From Mobula birostris (lineage: Eukaryota): a stretch of DNA of 64,000 nucleotides. Positions 13,130 to 26,329 of the stretch are shown piece by piece. The notes under the pieces are model-generated. The model did no database searches and was not told where the DNA came from. It saw only the letters and a list, made by a program, of their open reading frames with translations. The DNA is taken from NCBI RefSeq assembly GCF_030028105.1, contig NC_092373.1:43381451-43445450 (forward strand), in the 5' to 3' direction. How positions within the stretch are numbered: position 1 is the stretch's first letter; every line of letters starts with the position of its first letter. The position numbers were made by a program, and so were the translations under genes.

Positions 13130-13465
13130 TCAGTGGAAGACAATTGTGAAAAATCTGCCAAATCAGGTGTTAATAAATCACTCAGAAATCTGGTAGCAGA
13201 GGGGAGGAAGCTGTTTCTAAAATGTTGAGTGTGTCTTCAGTTTCCTGCGTCTCCTCCCTGATGGTAGTAATGAGAAGAGGGCATGCCCTGGATGGTTAGG
13301 ATACTCAGTGATAGATGCTGCTTCCTTAGGAAGATATCCTCAATGGTGGGGAGTTTAGTGCCCCACCCTGGCTGAGGCTACAACCCTCTGAAGCTTTTTT
13401 CGATCCTTTACATTGGAGCTTTCATATCAGGCGGTAATGCAACCAATCAAAACGCTCTCCATGAC
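13130..13465 (-). mobile_element. Rex/Babar-like LINE 3' fragment
   Basis: Similar to 44016-44381 (ggggaggaagctgtt...ctccctgatggtagtaatgagaagagggcatgccctgg). Confidence 0.65.
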
Positions 13466-13599
13466 TGCGCTTGCAAGTGGAACTGCTGGCATTTACCTGC
13501 AGGATCTGATCCAATAATTTCCAGGTATACTGTGACATCCAATGCCATTTCATTTTCACATATATCAACTCCATCTTTGTTTCGTCAAAGTTAAATATT

Positions 13600-14200
13600 A
13601 ATTGAGCAGGAATTTCTTCAAACTAATTACTGACAGTGTCTTCAATCCTAGGTGTGAACTTCATTTCCAAATCTTTTCAAACTTTGGTATAATTTCTAAC
13701 TGAGGATGAACTACGGCAGCACCATGATTATCAATTTCTGCTTTCAAAGTGCCACTTAACTTGACTGTTGTCTCAGCTCACCTGTTCTCTAACAGTCGTC
13801 TATTTATTTAGGGCTCGGGACTCTCCAGGATACCTATCCTTAGTTTACTCTCCGTAAATCTGAGGACATTCAAACTCTGCTGTGTCTGTGCTCAGACTCA
13901 TTCTCATGTAGCTATTGTCACTTTGCTTGATTATCCCTATCTCCCAGTTACACTATGTTCCAATTTTAAAATGCTGATCTATATTTGTAAATCTACGCTC
14001 ATTGATCTTCAACTATTTAACCTTGCATGTTATCTGAGCTCCTCCACTTCTTGGCTTTTTATGTTCCAATTATTCCAGCATCGGCAACTATGCTTTTTGC
14101 TGCCAAGTCTTTTAACTTTAACTTTCTCTGATTCTTTCTGTGCCTCTGTCCCTCTTTCTGTCTTTGAGATGCACTTCTAAACACTTCTTTTATATGTAGT
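13600..14200 (+). mobile_element. Ancient L2-like LINE 3' remnant
   Basis: Weak resemblance to L2 3' region (aattttaaaatgctg..., pyrimidine-rich end). No ORF. Confidence 0.35.
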
Positions 14201-14379
14201 CTTAATAATGTTTTAAGTGGTTTGGAATTGGATTTTGTTTGGTAATGGTCTTCTGAATTGGATCTTGGGATCTTTTGGAACTTCAAAACAGAATCAGCAA
14301 TCCAAGAGATTCCTACATAGTTTTCATCAGAAAATTAATAGTTTCTACAAGAAGATTTATAATTTGATTTTCTTGACAG

Positions 14380-14459
14380 GAATGAATGCATATTCACAAT
14401 TGATCCAGTAACTGCAAGAGATTTGGATGATGCATTATCTTGCCGTGAACTCCCTGATG
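14380..14459 (+). CDS. DIS3L2: DIS3L2 coding exon (80 nt; RNB catalytic aspartate motif)
   Basis: Acceptor ttcttgacag|G and donor G|gtatgt. Translates (R)[26 protein letters not shown](G), the RNase II-family TID..DLDDA motif. Not shown as such in the ORF track. Phase joins both neighbouring exons. Confidence 0.95.
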
Positions 14460-14490
14460 GTATGTTCTTTTTGTTAGCTTTATCTTGTAA

Positions 14491-14570
14491 CAGGGGTTCC
14501 CAGCCTGGGGTCCACAGACCCCTCAGTTAATGGCAGGGGTCCATGGCATAAAAAAGGTTGGGAACCCTTG
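14491..14570. mobile_element. 80-bp hAT (Charlie-like) MITE
   Basis: TIR caggggttcccagcct / aggttgggaacccttg. 8-bp TSD-like flanks tcttgtaa / tcttagaa. Confidence 0.75.
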
Positions 14571-16232
14571 TCTTAGAAATTATTTGATGAAAATCTGTTG
14601 TTATATTTCTTTATGAAACATTATACAAAGTTATAAAAACAGGAATAGAACAAGTGTCTCATCTCTTCTAAGCATTAGTGATTAAAAATATCTATTTATG
14701 AAAATACTAACGTAACTTGTCAGTGAAATAAGCTTTCAGTTGGTTTGATAGAAGTAAAGTTTGTCTTTCCCTTCCATCTCTAGGAAACTTACATTTATAA
14801 TGATCTTGCTTGAAGATGCATGGAATATTTTTTAAAATCAGGACTAGAAGAAGAATGGGAAAAGCTCTGCATGCCTTGCTTATTTTGCATAAGCTGCCTT
14901 TTAGAGATCACCATTAGCGCAGAAGATTCTGCATTGCGAATGTGTAAATGAAACTAAAAAGGAAATATATTAGATGAAATTAACCTGAAATGCAAAATAT
15001 AAGATCAAAGAAATGGATAGCAGGTCAGTCACCATCTGTAAGCCTAGATATGTGACATTTTAGGTGTGCCTTAGCAAAGTCATAATCAGTCTGTTATTGT
15101 TTCAGATAGTTACTGATTCATATCTTTCCTGGGTTAATATTGTGAATGAAGGTAGTTTAGTAGTTTGGCTCTTGTCTGATGATATATGAAGGAAAATATT
15201 CCATTTGTCTTGGGCAGGTTCAGAGAAAAATTACTTCTATTTCCATGCTGACAAATGATGAATGGTCCAGCCGCTATGATTGCATGTCATTACAAGTTAG
15301 TTGATTTCCTGCATGATTGCCAACAATGAGTCAGAGGGTAGAATTTGTCACAACATGAAGATGATATCCTGTTAGTTATTGATGTTGTTGACTTCTTGCC
15401 CTGTGTCTTGCCTAGTAATATTGTGCTGGTAGTTATAGATAATGGCCTCATGTCTTACAATCTTGAATCTGTTAAACTTCTGCTATTTGACAAAATCTTA
15501 AAATTAGTTAGATGCTTACTTTTCTTTACTTGAGGCAAAAGGGTAGTGATTCCTATCAAATGATCCTTTATCAGAGAACTCATAGACATTGGCTTGGCAA
15601 GTTTAAGACAAAAATCCCCAAGTTCACAAGCTGTTAAAGCTGTTACTGAAATTGAATGTTTATGGATGACCTTGTTCACCAATCAACCAAGATGCATTTT
15701 CAAAAATCCTTTTCGAAATTAAAATTAGTTGTAAAACTTAGAATACTAAAGAACACATGCAGTTAAAAATTAAATTTTAAAATTTAAGTCATTTAATTTT
15801 AAAGGATTAATTACTGTTCATCCAGTAGCTATTTCTTAGTTTTGATTGCAGTGGGCTGCATTATGTGGATGATCTAACGTACTCTAAACCCAGTGGGTAT
15901 ATTTCCTTTCCTGAGAACTTGGAAGTCTGACGAAGTTCATGCTGTTCCATTGGAATCAAGTAATAATATTGGATGATGCTGCTGCTTAAATATGCTCCAT
16001 CATTGGATTCATGACAATGGAGAAACAAGGGAAAGCAACCCAAAGCACTGCTGGCTCAATGGTCTCAAAATCTAATGGATCTAAGATTAAACTACCCATA
16101 AAAATCCATAAGCCTGGTCAATTGCTATTGATAGCAATCCTATTGGTTAACAGAAACCTACTGTTTTTCTTAGATACTTAAATCAAAGTATATTACAGGA
16201 TTGGAAGTAGCAGCAAATTTGAATAATGTTCC

Positions 16233-16270
16233 GTGTGCGTGCGTGTGTGTATGTGTGTGTGTGTTTGTGT
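16233..16270. repeat. Imperfect (GT)n microsatellite
   Basis: gtgtgcgtgcgtgtgtgtatgtgtgtgtgtgtttgtgt. Confidence 0.9.
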
Positions 16271-17689
16271 ATTGATTCTCAAAACCATTAGAATTTTATT
16301 CTTGGTCAAAATGATCAGTTTAAACGGCAAATAGTATTTGACATGCCATTGACGTCCAAACATCATTTTAAAAATTCCATATACCCACCACTTTCTAGGT
16401 GCAAAAGTCTCCCCTAAGGTCTCCCTAAGATGTTCCCCTCTTTTTTTAAGCCATGCTCATTGATTTTATTTACTTCTGTAAGGTCACCCCTCAGCTTCTT
16501 ACACTACAGGGAAAACAACGCTAGCCTATTCTGTGTCTCCTTATAACTCAAGCCCTTTGACCCTGGCAATATCATTCTGAATCTTTTCAACACCCTTTCC
16601 AGCTTAATGATATCTTTTCTATAGTTGAGTGACCAGAGCCACACATAGTCTCACTGATGTCTGGCCATTGGTGAGGCTGAATTAGAATGATTTCGTACCT
16701 TTGCATTTTCTTGAGGTAACTTTTCAAATTTTAACCTCTCCATATCCATAACTGCCTGCTACCAGCTCCAAGATGGCCACACCGCACTGTATGTCTGACT
16801 GAAGTCTTTACCCATACTTAATGCATGGACTTTTTCAGGACTCTCGGTCATCCTACCTTTCACCATGTGTTAATTGGAATTCAACACAGAACTCACTCAC
16901 AATATCACAATCCCTTGCACTTGTTGATCTATCCAGGCCCTTTGTTTAGCTACGCCTTATTTTTTATTACTCATTCCTGTGCTGAAGTTATTTAGGCATT
17001 TATCTTCCCTTTCAGCAACCCTCTGTGAATTATGCAATGCTTAAATTCAGGCTTATTGACCACCACTATAACTGCTTTAGCTGTCCACTACCTCTGTCAT
17101 CCCAACATATCCTAAATTTTCTAAAACCTGAACTTTTTGCACTTTCTTCATCTTCTCCGAAGATACTCATTAAATCCTTCCTTCATAATCCAATTTTTAT
17201 CACCTAAATAGATTACCTTTAAGTGGCTGTTTTTGTGTCCAATTTTGTCTGATAACATTCTTATAAAAGTTCTTGATAAAATGGGTAAGGTGGAGGTCGT
17301 GATAATATTGCTAAGAGTCTGTAAGGTAATGGTGTACTCGGTCGCAGTGCCCTCTCGACCCAACCAGTGGTGTACAGTAATTGTTTGTCCTTGATGCCTT
17401 TTTATCAATCACAAAACACTGCTGGATGTTAAGAACATCAGGTACTGCAGGTCTACCTCATCAGTGAGTCGCTGGATAGTGACGGAGCTGGACTTGTTGC
17501 ATACCACCTTGTTGCCAGGATTTGTAGTCTTCCATTGTTGTGCAGAGGCAGTGCGCAGTCCAATAAAGGGTGCAAATGATTACCTTGGATATTTTTATTG
17601 TGATAGTAAGACCCTGTTGGGCATAGGTAACAAAGACAGCAAGTCTTGTTCACTGCTTCATTGGTGACACTGATGGTGGGGGAGCTGCC

Positions 17690-18141
17690 AAGCCTCAGCT
17701 GTTGTGCGGACCAGGCCTTGATGCCGTGGTGACGCTTGTTGCAGCCGCCCAGGAGTGGGTAAGAGCAGAGGTTCGGATGGAGTAGGTACTGGGTTAGGAA
17801 CTGGTCCCTCCCATTGGTGCTGCCCTCCAGTATTCACTCGGTGGAAGACAAGCTGGATTGTGTTTGTCTGTGGCTGCACCAGCAATGAGGAAGAGATGAG
17901 CAACTGCTGCATGCTTGTTCTTGCAGAACTATGGCTCCAGGACAACATCCCATGTCCCATCAATCTTCAGGCCATGTGACTCAGCGACTTTGGCTATATT
18001 ATTTTCTGTGACTGTTTTCTGCTATATGTGCTGTGTGTGTGACTGTTGGTACTGTGATTTGCACCTTGGGCTTGGAGGAATGCTGTTTCATTTGGCTGTA
18101 TTTTTGTGTGTAATTAAAAGACCGTTAAACTTGAACTTGAG
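17690..18141 (+). mobile_element. Internally deleted Rex/Babar-like retroposon
   Basis: Peptide ...NCCMLVLAELWLQDNI resembles the APE N-terminal ETW motif also seen at 41660-41887. Tail aaacttgaacttga. Confidence 0.55.
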
Positions 18142-18630
18142 ATGTTTTACTGTATTTAAGCTATAGTAATGATGCAGATTGTTGTAGTTATTTAAATATT
18201 TGCACTTTGTTACTGATTTTGTTGCTATGGATAATTTCATCATTTAGGACTTGTTCAAGATTTGGAAATCCAGTGGTAAAAATACAACAAAATTAATGAC
18301 TGAAAATCAGTGACGCTCTGATTTTTTTTTGGGAGGCATTTAAGTAGGCTCATGAACAGGCAGGGAACTGAGGGAAATAGACCTCATGGTTGGCACAGAC
18401 ATCATAGGCCAACAGATCAGTTCCTGTGCTGTACTGATTTATGTTTAGGAGCTGGTTTTAAACAAGCCACTGCAAGTTTTTAGGTTAGGTAAGATTTGAA
18501 ATCTTATTTCGTTTAATACTGAATCATTGATTCAAAATATATTGGTTATAAATACATTTAGTAAATTTTCGATGTTCATTATTTATGAAGAATGTATATT
18601 TGGTTAATATTTCTAATGATTTATTTAAAG

Positions 18631-18743
18631 GAAACATGGAGGTTGGAGTGCATATTGCAGATGTGAGTTACTTTGTTCGTGAAGGGACTGCCGTTGATGA
18701 AATTGCCAGCAAGAGGGCAACCAGTGTCTACCTAGTTCAGAAG
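18631..18743 (+). CDS. DIS3L2: DIS3L2 coding exon (113 nt)
   Basis: Acceptor tttaaag|GA and donor AAG|gtaatg. Translates (G)NMEVGVHIADVSYFVREGTAVDEIASKRATSVYLVQK (RNB VHIADV and R.TSVY motifs). Confidence 0.95.
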
Positions 18744-19427
18744 GTAATGCATACAAAGATTGACCTTTGCTCTAAAGAACCGACAAGTGATGGAATACCT
18801 GTAATTATTTTGGTGGACATGATTAGGAACTACATTTATAATAGTGGTGGGCATTTTTATGATGATATCATCTAGTTCTCCACCACCCATGTTCACCTGA
18901 CCCCATTAACTAGTTTGCCTCAGTCATCATCATTGACATCACATACCACATTCTACCACTCTCTGATTAAATAAGTTCCTTTTGAATTCTCTCTGGATTT
19001 ATTAGTGACCATCTTGGATTTGTGGGCCCTTGTTTGAGACTTGTCTGTAAATGGAAATATTTTCCCAAACAATGTTTGAGGTAATCAGAGGGTTGTGTGA
19101 CTGTGGAAGGAGTTGCCAGTAGAAGTGGTAGATGCAGGTTCAGTTGTAGGACAGGTACATGGATAAGTGGGGCATGGAGATCAATGGACTGGGTGCAGGT
19201 ACGTGGGATGAGGCAGAAGACCAGGTTAGCACAGACTGGATGGGTCAAAGTCCCTGTTTCTGTGGTGTATTACTCCGTGACTAATGCTGTTTTAAAATGT
19301 TTGAGTAGTTAAGAAGTCTCAGCTTGAGAGTTATAACCTCCCCTTGTGGTATAAATTTTGCAAACCTGGGACCTTGTGGTATAATTTTTGTAAAGCTAGG
19401 TTATATAATTTGCAAAATGTCTCTGAT

Positions 19428-20321
19428 TTCAAAGGTTCATCAAAGCATGTACCCATATACAACTCTAAAATTTGTCTTCTCCAGATAGCCAGGAAACAAA
19501 GAAAGAACATGAAAGTTGTTCAGAGGGAAACATCAAACCCCACCCCCCACACAAAAAAGGAATAGCATCCCAATCATTCACCCCCTCACCCTACACAAAA
19601 CGGAACAGGAACATCACCCCCCATAAAACAACTCTTCCCCCCGCCCCAACAAAAAAAGCTAACAGGACGCAACGGAAGATCAACCTGTAAACACCCTCCT
19701 CTCGCACAACAAAACGGAAAAGGAACGGGCGATAAAGAGCACACAACATAAAAACCATAAGTCTGAAAAAGTCCACAGTCCGTAAATGCAATAGTCCAAT
19801 CCATAAACACAGAACCATGATACCATCCCCCGATATCACTGACATTCATCAAAAGAGAGGGACACCACACAAGGCAGAGAGGCCTACCTGCCTGTCACAG
19901 CAAGCCACACAGCAATAGGCTGCTCACACATTCCTTCTCCGGCAGCGATCAGAAGGAAAGCGGTCGGTGCGGAACTCTAGCTCACCTTCTCTTTTCGCTT
20001 CGATGTCTCAATCTTCCTCAGTGCTTTAATTGGCGATTAATTAACGCTTTAACCAGCGAAATGGAGTCAAACATCAGCTCGCACCCGTCTTGGAGTTTCT
20101 TTGCATCAAGGCCGTATGAGTACGCGCTCGCTTCCTGGAATCTTCTCAGAGACAGCAAAGTAATGGATCACTTAAATGATCTCCCAACAGCAATTCACAG
20201 TCTCTGACAGTCCCAGAAACACATTTAAGGTGAAAAGCAGATGTAAAAGAGTGAAAAAGACATTTTTGTGAGCTATCTGGAAAATGCTGATCGAGGGAGT
20301 GTTGTATGCTGACGCCATCTG
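19428..20321 (-). mobile_element. Non-autonomous retroposon with 5' AGATGGCG and short-repeat tail
   Basis: gacgccatct at 20311-20320 is the 5' end on the minus strand. GT-rich body. Tail near 19430. Confidence 0.5.
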
Positions 20322-20679
20322 ATACAACATTGAGATAGGATCAGCCCGCAGTATTCAAAGTGAATTGCAATCAAGGATTTATACCAAGTTAACATATTTT
20401 CCAAGGATTACATGGTTTTTTTTTCCTACCCATGTGTTCGTGTTTATTTGTCTGTCACACATTTCTTCCACATTTATTAATATCTATCCATATATTCTCA
20501 TCTATACTCCTATACAGTATTTATTCCTGCATGGTGTTCCTTTGTCTCTGTTTAAAATAAATGCTCCCTAATTATCTTGGAAGCAGCTTAACATACCTTC
20601 TCATGCCATCCAGAATCTTAAGATCACTCCTCTTTCTTCTAAACGTCAAGGAATAGAAATCTAATTTGTTTTAACTGCT

Positions 20680-21445
20680 CATGAGAATTATCTACAGCTT
20701 AATGTGAAAAAGACTAAAGAGCTGGTGGTAGACCTGAGGAGGACTAAGGCACCGGTGACCCCTGTTTCCATCCAGGGGGTCAGTGTGGACATGGTGGAAG
20801 ATTACAAATACCTGGGGATACGAATTGACAATAAACTGGACTGGTCAAAGAACACTGAGGCTACCTACAAGAAGGGTCAGAGCCATCTCTATTTCCTGAG
20901 GAGACTGAGGTCCTTTAACATCTGCGGGATGATGCTGAGGATGTTCTATGAGTCTGTGGTGGCCAGTGCTATCATGTTTGCTGTTGTGTGCTGGGGCAGC
21001 AGGCTGAGGGTAGCAGACACCAATAGAATCAACAAATTCATTCGTAAAGCCAGTGATGTTGTGGGGATGGAACTGGATTCTCTGACGGTGGTGTCTGAAA
21101 AGAGGATGCTGTCCAAGTCGCATGCGATCTTGGACAATGTCGCCCATCCACTACATAATGTACTGGTTGGGCACAGGAGTACATTCAGCCAGAGACTCAT
21201 TCCACCGAGATACAACACAGAGTGTCATAGGAAGTCATTCCTGCCTGTTGCCATCAAACTTTACAACTCCTCCCTTGGAGGGTCAGACACCCTGAGCCAA
21301 TAGGCTAGTCCTGGACTTATTTCCTGGCATAATTTACATATTACTATTTAATTACTTATGGTTTTATTACTATTTATTATTTATGGTGCAACTGTAAGGA
21401 AAACCAATTTCCCTCGGGATCAATAAAATATGACTATGAATATGA
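20680..21445 (+). mobile_element. Rex/Babar-clade LINE 3' fragment with an uninterrupted 199-aa ORF
   Basis: KTKELVVDLRR...YKYLG..IDNKLDW...LYFLRRLRSF...FYESVVAS (RT C-terminal, DUF1891-like). Tail caataaaatatgactatga. Confidence 0.85.
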
Positions 21446-22051
21446 TAAGGGAAAACCTGTCTTCCCAGGGTAATTATAAGTTTGCCCTCACATTAGCAAT
21501 GTGCTGCTGAGTAATGAGCAGCAGCAAATTTTTGTGGAAAAACTTCTACCCTTTCCCAGTCTACATTAGTTAACTTTAACCTTGACTTTTCATTTTCAAT
21601 TTGTAACCTGCTTTCCATCTATTCTGCTGCTTGTTCCCGACTTGACATCTTCTGACCATCGACATGATTCTGTAATGCAAAATCTTTTTAGATATTCACT
21701 CATATATCTACTGGAGTATTGCTGTCTCTGTTTCTATTGTCCTTTGGTTAATCAAACCTGATATTCATTTTGGAATCCATGCTGATTACTCTTGCATATA
21801 TTATACATTAAGAGTTCAATGGAGTAGAAAATCTGGAAAAGTGTAGAAAATATAGAATCCAAATTGGAGAGATGGTTAAAAAGTAAAGAGAGGTTAGGGG
21901 AAATATTGGCAACCAAAATCATAGAAAATCCAAAGAGGTTTTATAAGTACATAAAGAAGGTAACTAAGGAAAGTCGGGACAAAAAAAATTGCCTCTGTAT
22001 GGATGTACAGGATGTTTGTAAGTTTAAGTAATATTTTATGACCTTCTTCTT

Positions 22052-22979
22052 TCTTGTTCTTTTTCAATCTTTTTATTAATTTCAAAGTATAGAAACAAAA
22101 CATAGCAATAATACAAATAGTAGGAGAAATATTGTTACACTTAGGAAAAGTAATTGTAAAATCAAATAGTGTAAGTTAACAAAGTTCCCAATCATGTAGA
22201 ACTGACAATGGATAATACAAATCAAAATAAAACTGAAAAAAAATCATGAAAAAGAAAAAAAACAAAACCAAAAAAAAAACAAACCCCATCCCCGAAGAAA
22301 AACAAAATTAATCAACTAAACTAAAATACTTGGGCAAAACTAACAACTTAAAAATGGAAAAGAAGAAAACCTTAGTGTCGACGACTCCATTCCCCTCCAA
22401 CAACAGTACAGAGAGATAAAACAAGTTTGGAAATGATCAAATTACATCAAGTGAAAATGCTGAATGAATGGCCTCCAAGTTTTTTCAAACTTAATGGAAG
22501 GGTCATAAACTGCACTTCTAATTTTCTCCAAATTCAAACACACCATAGTTTGTGAAAACCAATGAAATACCTTAGGCGGGTTAATCTCTTTCCAATTTAA
22601 CAAAATGGACCTTCTAGCCATTAAAGTAAGAATTGCAATCATCCTTCATGATGAAGAGGTTAAATTATTTAAGTCTATCATTGGTAGTCCAAAGATAGCA
22701 ATAATTGGATGAGGTTGTAAGTCTATGTTTAGGACCGTTGAAATAATATCAAAAATATCTTTCCAATATTTCTCCAACAAGGGACATGACCAAAACATGT
22801 GGGTTAAAGAAGCTATCTCGAAATGACATCTGTCACATATTGGATTAATATAAGAGTAATAACGAGATAGTTTATCTTTGGACATATGAGCCCTGTGCAC
22901 TACTTTAAACTGTATCAACCTATGCTTAGCACATACAGAGGATGAATTCACCAACTGAAGAATTTTTTCCCATTTCTCA
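22052..22979 (-). mobile_element. 5'-truncated L1-clade LINE
   Basis: 12-bp TSD gaccttcttctt (22040-22051 / 22980-22991). A-rich tail. ORF2 C-terminus QFKVVHR...CDRC...HMFWSC (zinc knuckle). Confidence 0.88.
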
Positions 22980-24289
22980 GACCTTCTTCTTAAAAGAGGA
23001 GAATGGTGCAAACATTGTAGAAAAAGAATGTGAGGTACCAGATTTGATAATCAGTAAAAAAAAAGCTAAGAGCTAAGGTGTTTATCATCTTTGAAAATGG
23101 ATAAATTGCTAACTCCAGATGAAGCACTGCTCTCTAAGCAGTGAAGATACAGATAATGAATTGCTGCCACAGTGAAGGATTAAATTTGTAACTTGAAGAA
23201 AGTTTTATTCATGCAATGAAGGGTAGGGAATGTATTAGGAGACTGTCTTTCAAACACAGATCCCCCCAAAATGCCAGTAGATTCATATGTCTTAATGGTC
23301 AGTGATAAATGATTCAGTTAAGTAGGTGATTTAAGGTGGGAGGATAAAGATTTGCGTTGAGCTACCGTGATCTTCTATCTGGCAATCATGGTCATTTGAT
23401 AATGATTTGTACTTTGCACATTGTGTGTTCAGCTTGTTAAGATAAGCAGATTTTACTCTTGATTTACTGCATTCTTACAGCACGAGTTTTTTTTTGGAAA
23501 GTGAGACATGACCGATCACACTTTCTTCACAGGTACAATCACGAATGGCTAATTGTTTCTGCCATTTTGCAGTAAATTTAATTGTATCTCTTGAAGGCCT
23601 TGTCTGTACCTTGAATTTTAAGGTGCTGTCCTTTTACTTTCACTGTTAGAGCTACAGGAAAGGCATCTGGATGTTATCTCCTTGTGAGCACAGAAGTTCA
23701 ATAGTAGGAAATTCAAAATGGATAGTGTAATAATAAGAGATAATCTTCACTTTTATTGCAAGGGTAAATATTGGCCAAGATCCAAGGAATAACTTCTGAT
23801 GAGTGATGTAGAACTTTCATGGTTCTACATCAGAAGTTTTAGAAGTTTTAGAAGTTTCAGAAGTAAGAAGTTTTAGTATCTTTGTTTAATATGAGGTAAA
23901 TGAAAATGTATAAACTTTATAGGTGTTCATTTGCAGAATAACCTTTAGTGTCCTTGAGTGTTGAGGGTAAAAGAAATTTAACAAAAACTTTATCTCTCTT
24001 AGCTACAGAAGTAAGTAACAATCTTTGGTTCATGACTGAGACATTTATTCCCACAGAAAAGCAGCAAAATACTCCTCAGATTGTAGCAAGGTCACATAAA
24101 ACAGCATTTGTAAAGGTCACATTTTTGACATTGAATCATTAGAGCATTGCTCGCACCAGTGCCCATTACATCTTCATGTGGATTACTGCAAGGCTACATG
24201 AATTTATTTAAGTTAAAAAAATTTCCATTAAAAACAATACCTACGGTCTCCAGAACAAGATGAAGTTTCAAGGGTGACCATGAGGAAGA

Positions 24290-24928
24290 ATAATGATTAT
24301 GATTATGAGGACATGCAGTCCCCTTTTATTGTCATTTAGTAATGCATGCATTAAGAAATGATAAAAATGTTTTTCCAGAATGATATTACGAAAACGCATG
24401 ACAAACTGACCTGAAAACTAACAAAATCCACATAATTATAACATATAGTTACAACAGTACAAAGCAATACAATAATTTGATAAGAACAGACCATGGCACA
24501 GTAAAAGTCTCAAAGTCTCTCGGAAGTCCCATCATCTCATGCGGATGGTAAACCTCCAGCACCGCCAACTTGCCGATGCAGCATCCCAGAAGCATCCGAC
24601 CACAGTCCAACTCCAAGTCCGTCTGAAAACTTTGAGCCTCCGACCACCTCTTTGACACCGAGCACCATCTCTGCCGAGCGTTTCGACCCCGGTCCCAGCA
24701 ACAGGCGATACGCAAAGCCGAGGATTTGGGGCCTTTGTCTCCGGAGATTCTCGATCGCACAGTTGCAGCGGCAGCGAAGCAGGCATTTCAGAAGTTACTC
24801 CAGATGTTCCTCTGCGCTTCTCGCGGCTGTCCCCATCAAATTCGGATTGTGAACGGCACCCCGATATATTCATATCAATATTCATTTGGAACGGCACGTG
24901 CATGCTGCGTCGCGCCGCCATCTTCTCC
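24290..24928 (-). mobile_element. Non-autonomous retroposon with 5' AAGATGGCGGCG and (CATAAT)n tail
   Basis: gcgccgccatcttctcc at ~24912-24928. CpG-rich body. AATAAA plus repeat tail at 24290-24331 (minus strand). Confidence 0.6.
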
Positions 24929-25190
24929 CCCCACCTCCCAGGACCAGGATTAGCTGAACAGCAAGGAAGAATATGTGGGAGATGAGAATGGGTGCAATTT
25001 TAGGAACTAGTTTACAATATGATTTACTTACTTTAATAAGCTGTGCTAGGAGAGATTGACTAGCGCCTACAAAGTAAGTTATGCTTTTAGGTTTGGTAAT
25101 GTATGAGAAAGAAATGAATGAGGTTGCATCTCATAAAAATATCCTTTATTTAAACTTCATTTGTCTTGCTTTGGTAATATTTTAATACAG

Positions 25191-25298
25191 GTTATCCCAA
25201 TGCTTCCAAGATTCCTTTGTGAAGAACTTTGCAGTTTGAATCCAATGGAGGATAAGCTAACCTTCTCTATCATTTGGACATTGACTCCTCAAGGAAAG
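25191..25298 (+). CDS. DIS3L2: DIS3L2 coding exon (108 nt)
   Basis: Acceptor aatacag|GTT and donor AAG|gtactg. Translates [36 protein letters not shown] (PMLP..L....CSL motif). Confidence 0.95.
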
Positions 25299-25399
25299 GT
25301 ACTGTTTTATCATTACCTGTATTCAACAAGTGTACCTTATTTCTGCGGTGTCTGGGTCAGGCTGTGCATTGAAGAATGTTTGCCATTGTTGAAGAGCAC

Positions 25400-25830
25400 T
25401 GGAAATGGCTGTTACAGTGGCTCTTATAATATACAAGATATTAAGAGGAATAGATAGGGTGGACTCGCCAGTGCCTTTTCCCCAGGGCACCACTGCTCAT
25501 GGCTTTAAGGTAAGGGGTGAGAAGTTCAAGGAGGATATTAGAAGAAGTTTTTTTTACTCAGAGAGTGGTTGGTGCTTGGAGTGCACTGCCTGAGTCAGTG
25601 GTGGAGGCAGATACACCGGCCCACAATGTTGTGCCTACCCTCAAACCTTGCTTCTCATATAACCCCCCACCTTAAATTCCTCCATACACCTGTCAAGTAG
25701 TCTCTTAAATTTCACTAGTGTATGGAGGAATTTAAGGTGGGGGGGTTATATGAGAAGCAAGGTTTGAGGGTAGGCACAACATTGTGGGCTGAAGGGCCTG
25801 TACTGGGCTGTACTATTTTATGTTGTGGGC
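25400..25830 (+). mobile_element. CR1 3' end containing an internal inverted duplication
   Basis: [11 protein letters not shown]...HGFKVRGEKF. Same subfamily as the 30768-31130 3' end. Confidence 0.8.
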
Positions 25831-26150
25831 CTGTACTTAGTAGGATTCAGAAGAATGGGGGGGGGGGGGTGTCATTGCAACTGAATATTGAAAGGCCTGG
25901 AGACAGTGGATGTGGAGAGGATGTTTCCTATAGTGGGGGAGTCCTGGACCAGAGGGCACAGCCTCAGAATAGAAGGTTGTCCCTTTGGGACAGCGATGAG
26001 GAAGAATTTCTTTAGACAGAAGGTAGTGAGTCAATGGAATTCATTGCCTCAGGCAGCTGTGGAGGCCAAGTCATTGGGTAAACTTAAGGAGGAGGTTGAT
26101 AGGTTCTTGATTAGTAAGTGCATCAAAGGTTATACGTAGAAAGCAGGAGA
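25830..26150 (+). mobile_element. CR1 3' fragment
   Basis: KGLETVDVERMFPIVGESWTRGHSLRI...KVVSQWNSLP. Confidence 0.8.
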
Positions 26151-26329
26151 ATGCCTTCTGTGCACCACAATTCCTATGGGGACGTTTTGTGGGTGAGAGA
26201 GTTCAAAATATCTGAGCATGGGCCATCAGGACATTTTGCGTGCCATTGTTCCTGAAGAGGTATTGGATTGTGCATAATTAGGGACTTGGCAAGGGCCAAT
26301 AAAAAGAAGTTGAGTTTAAGTGGAGTGGC

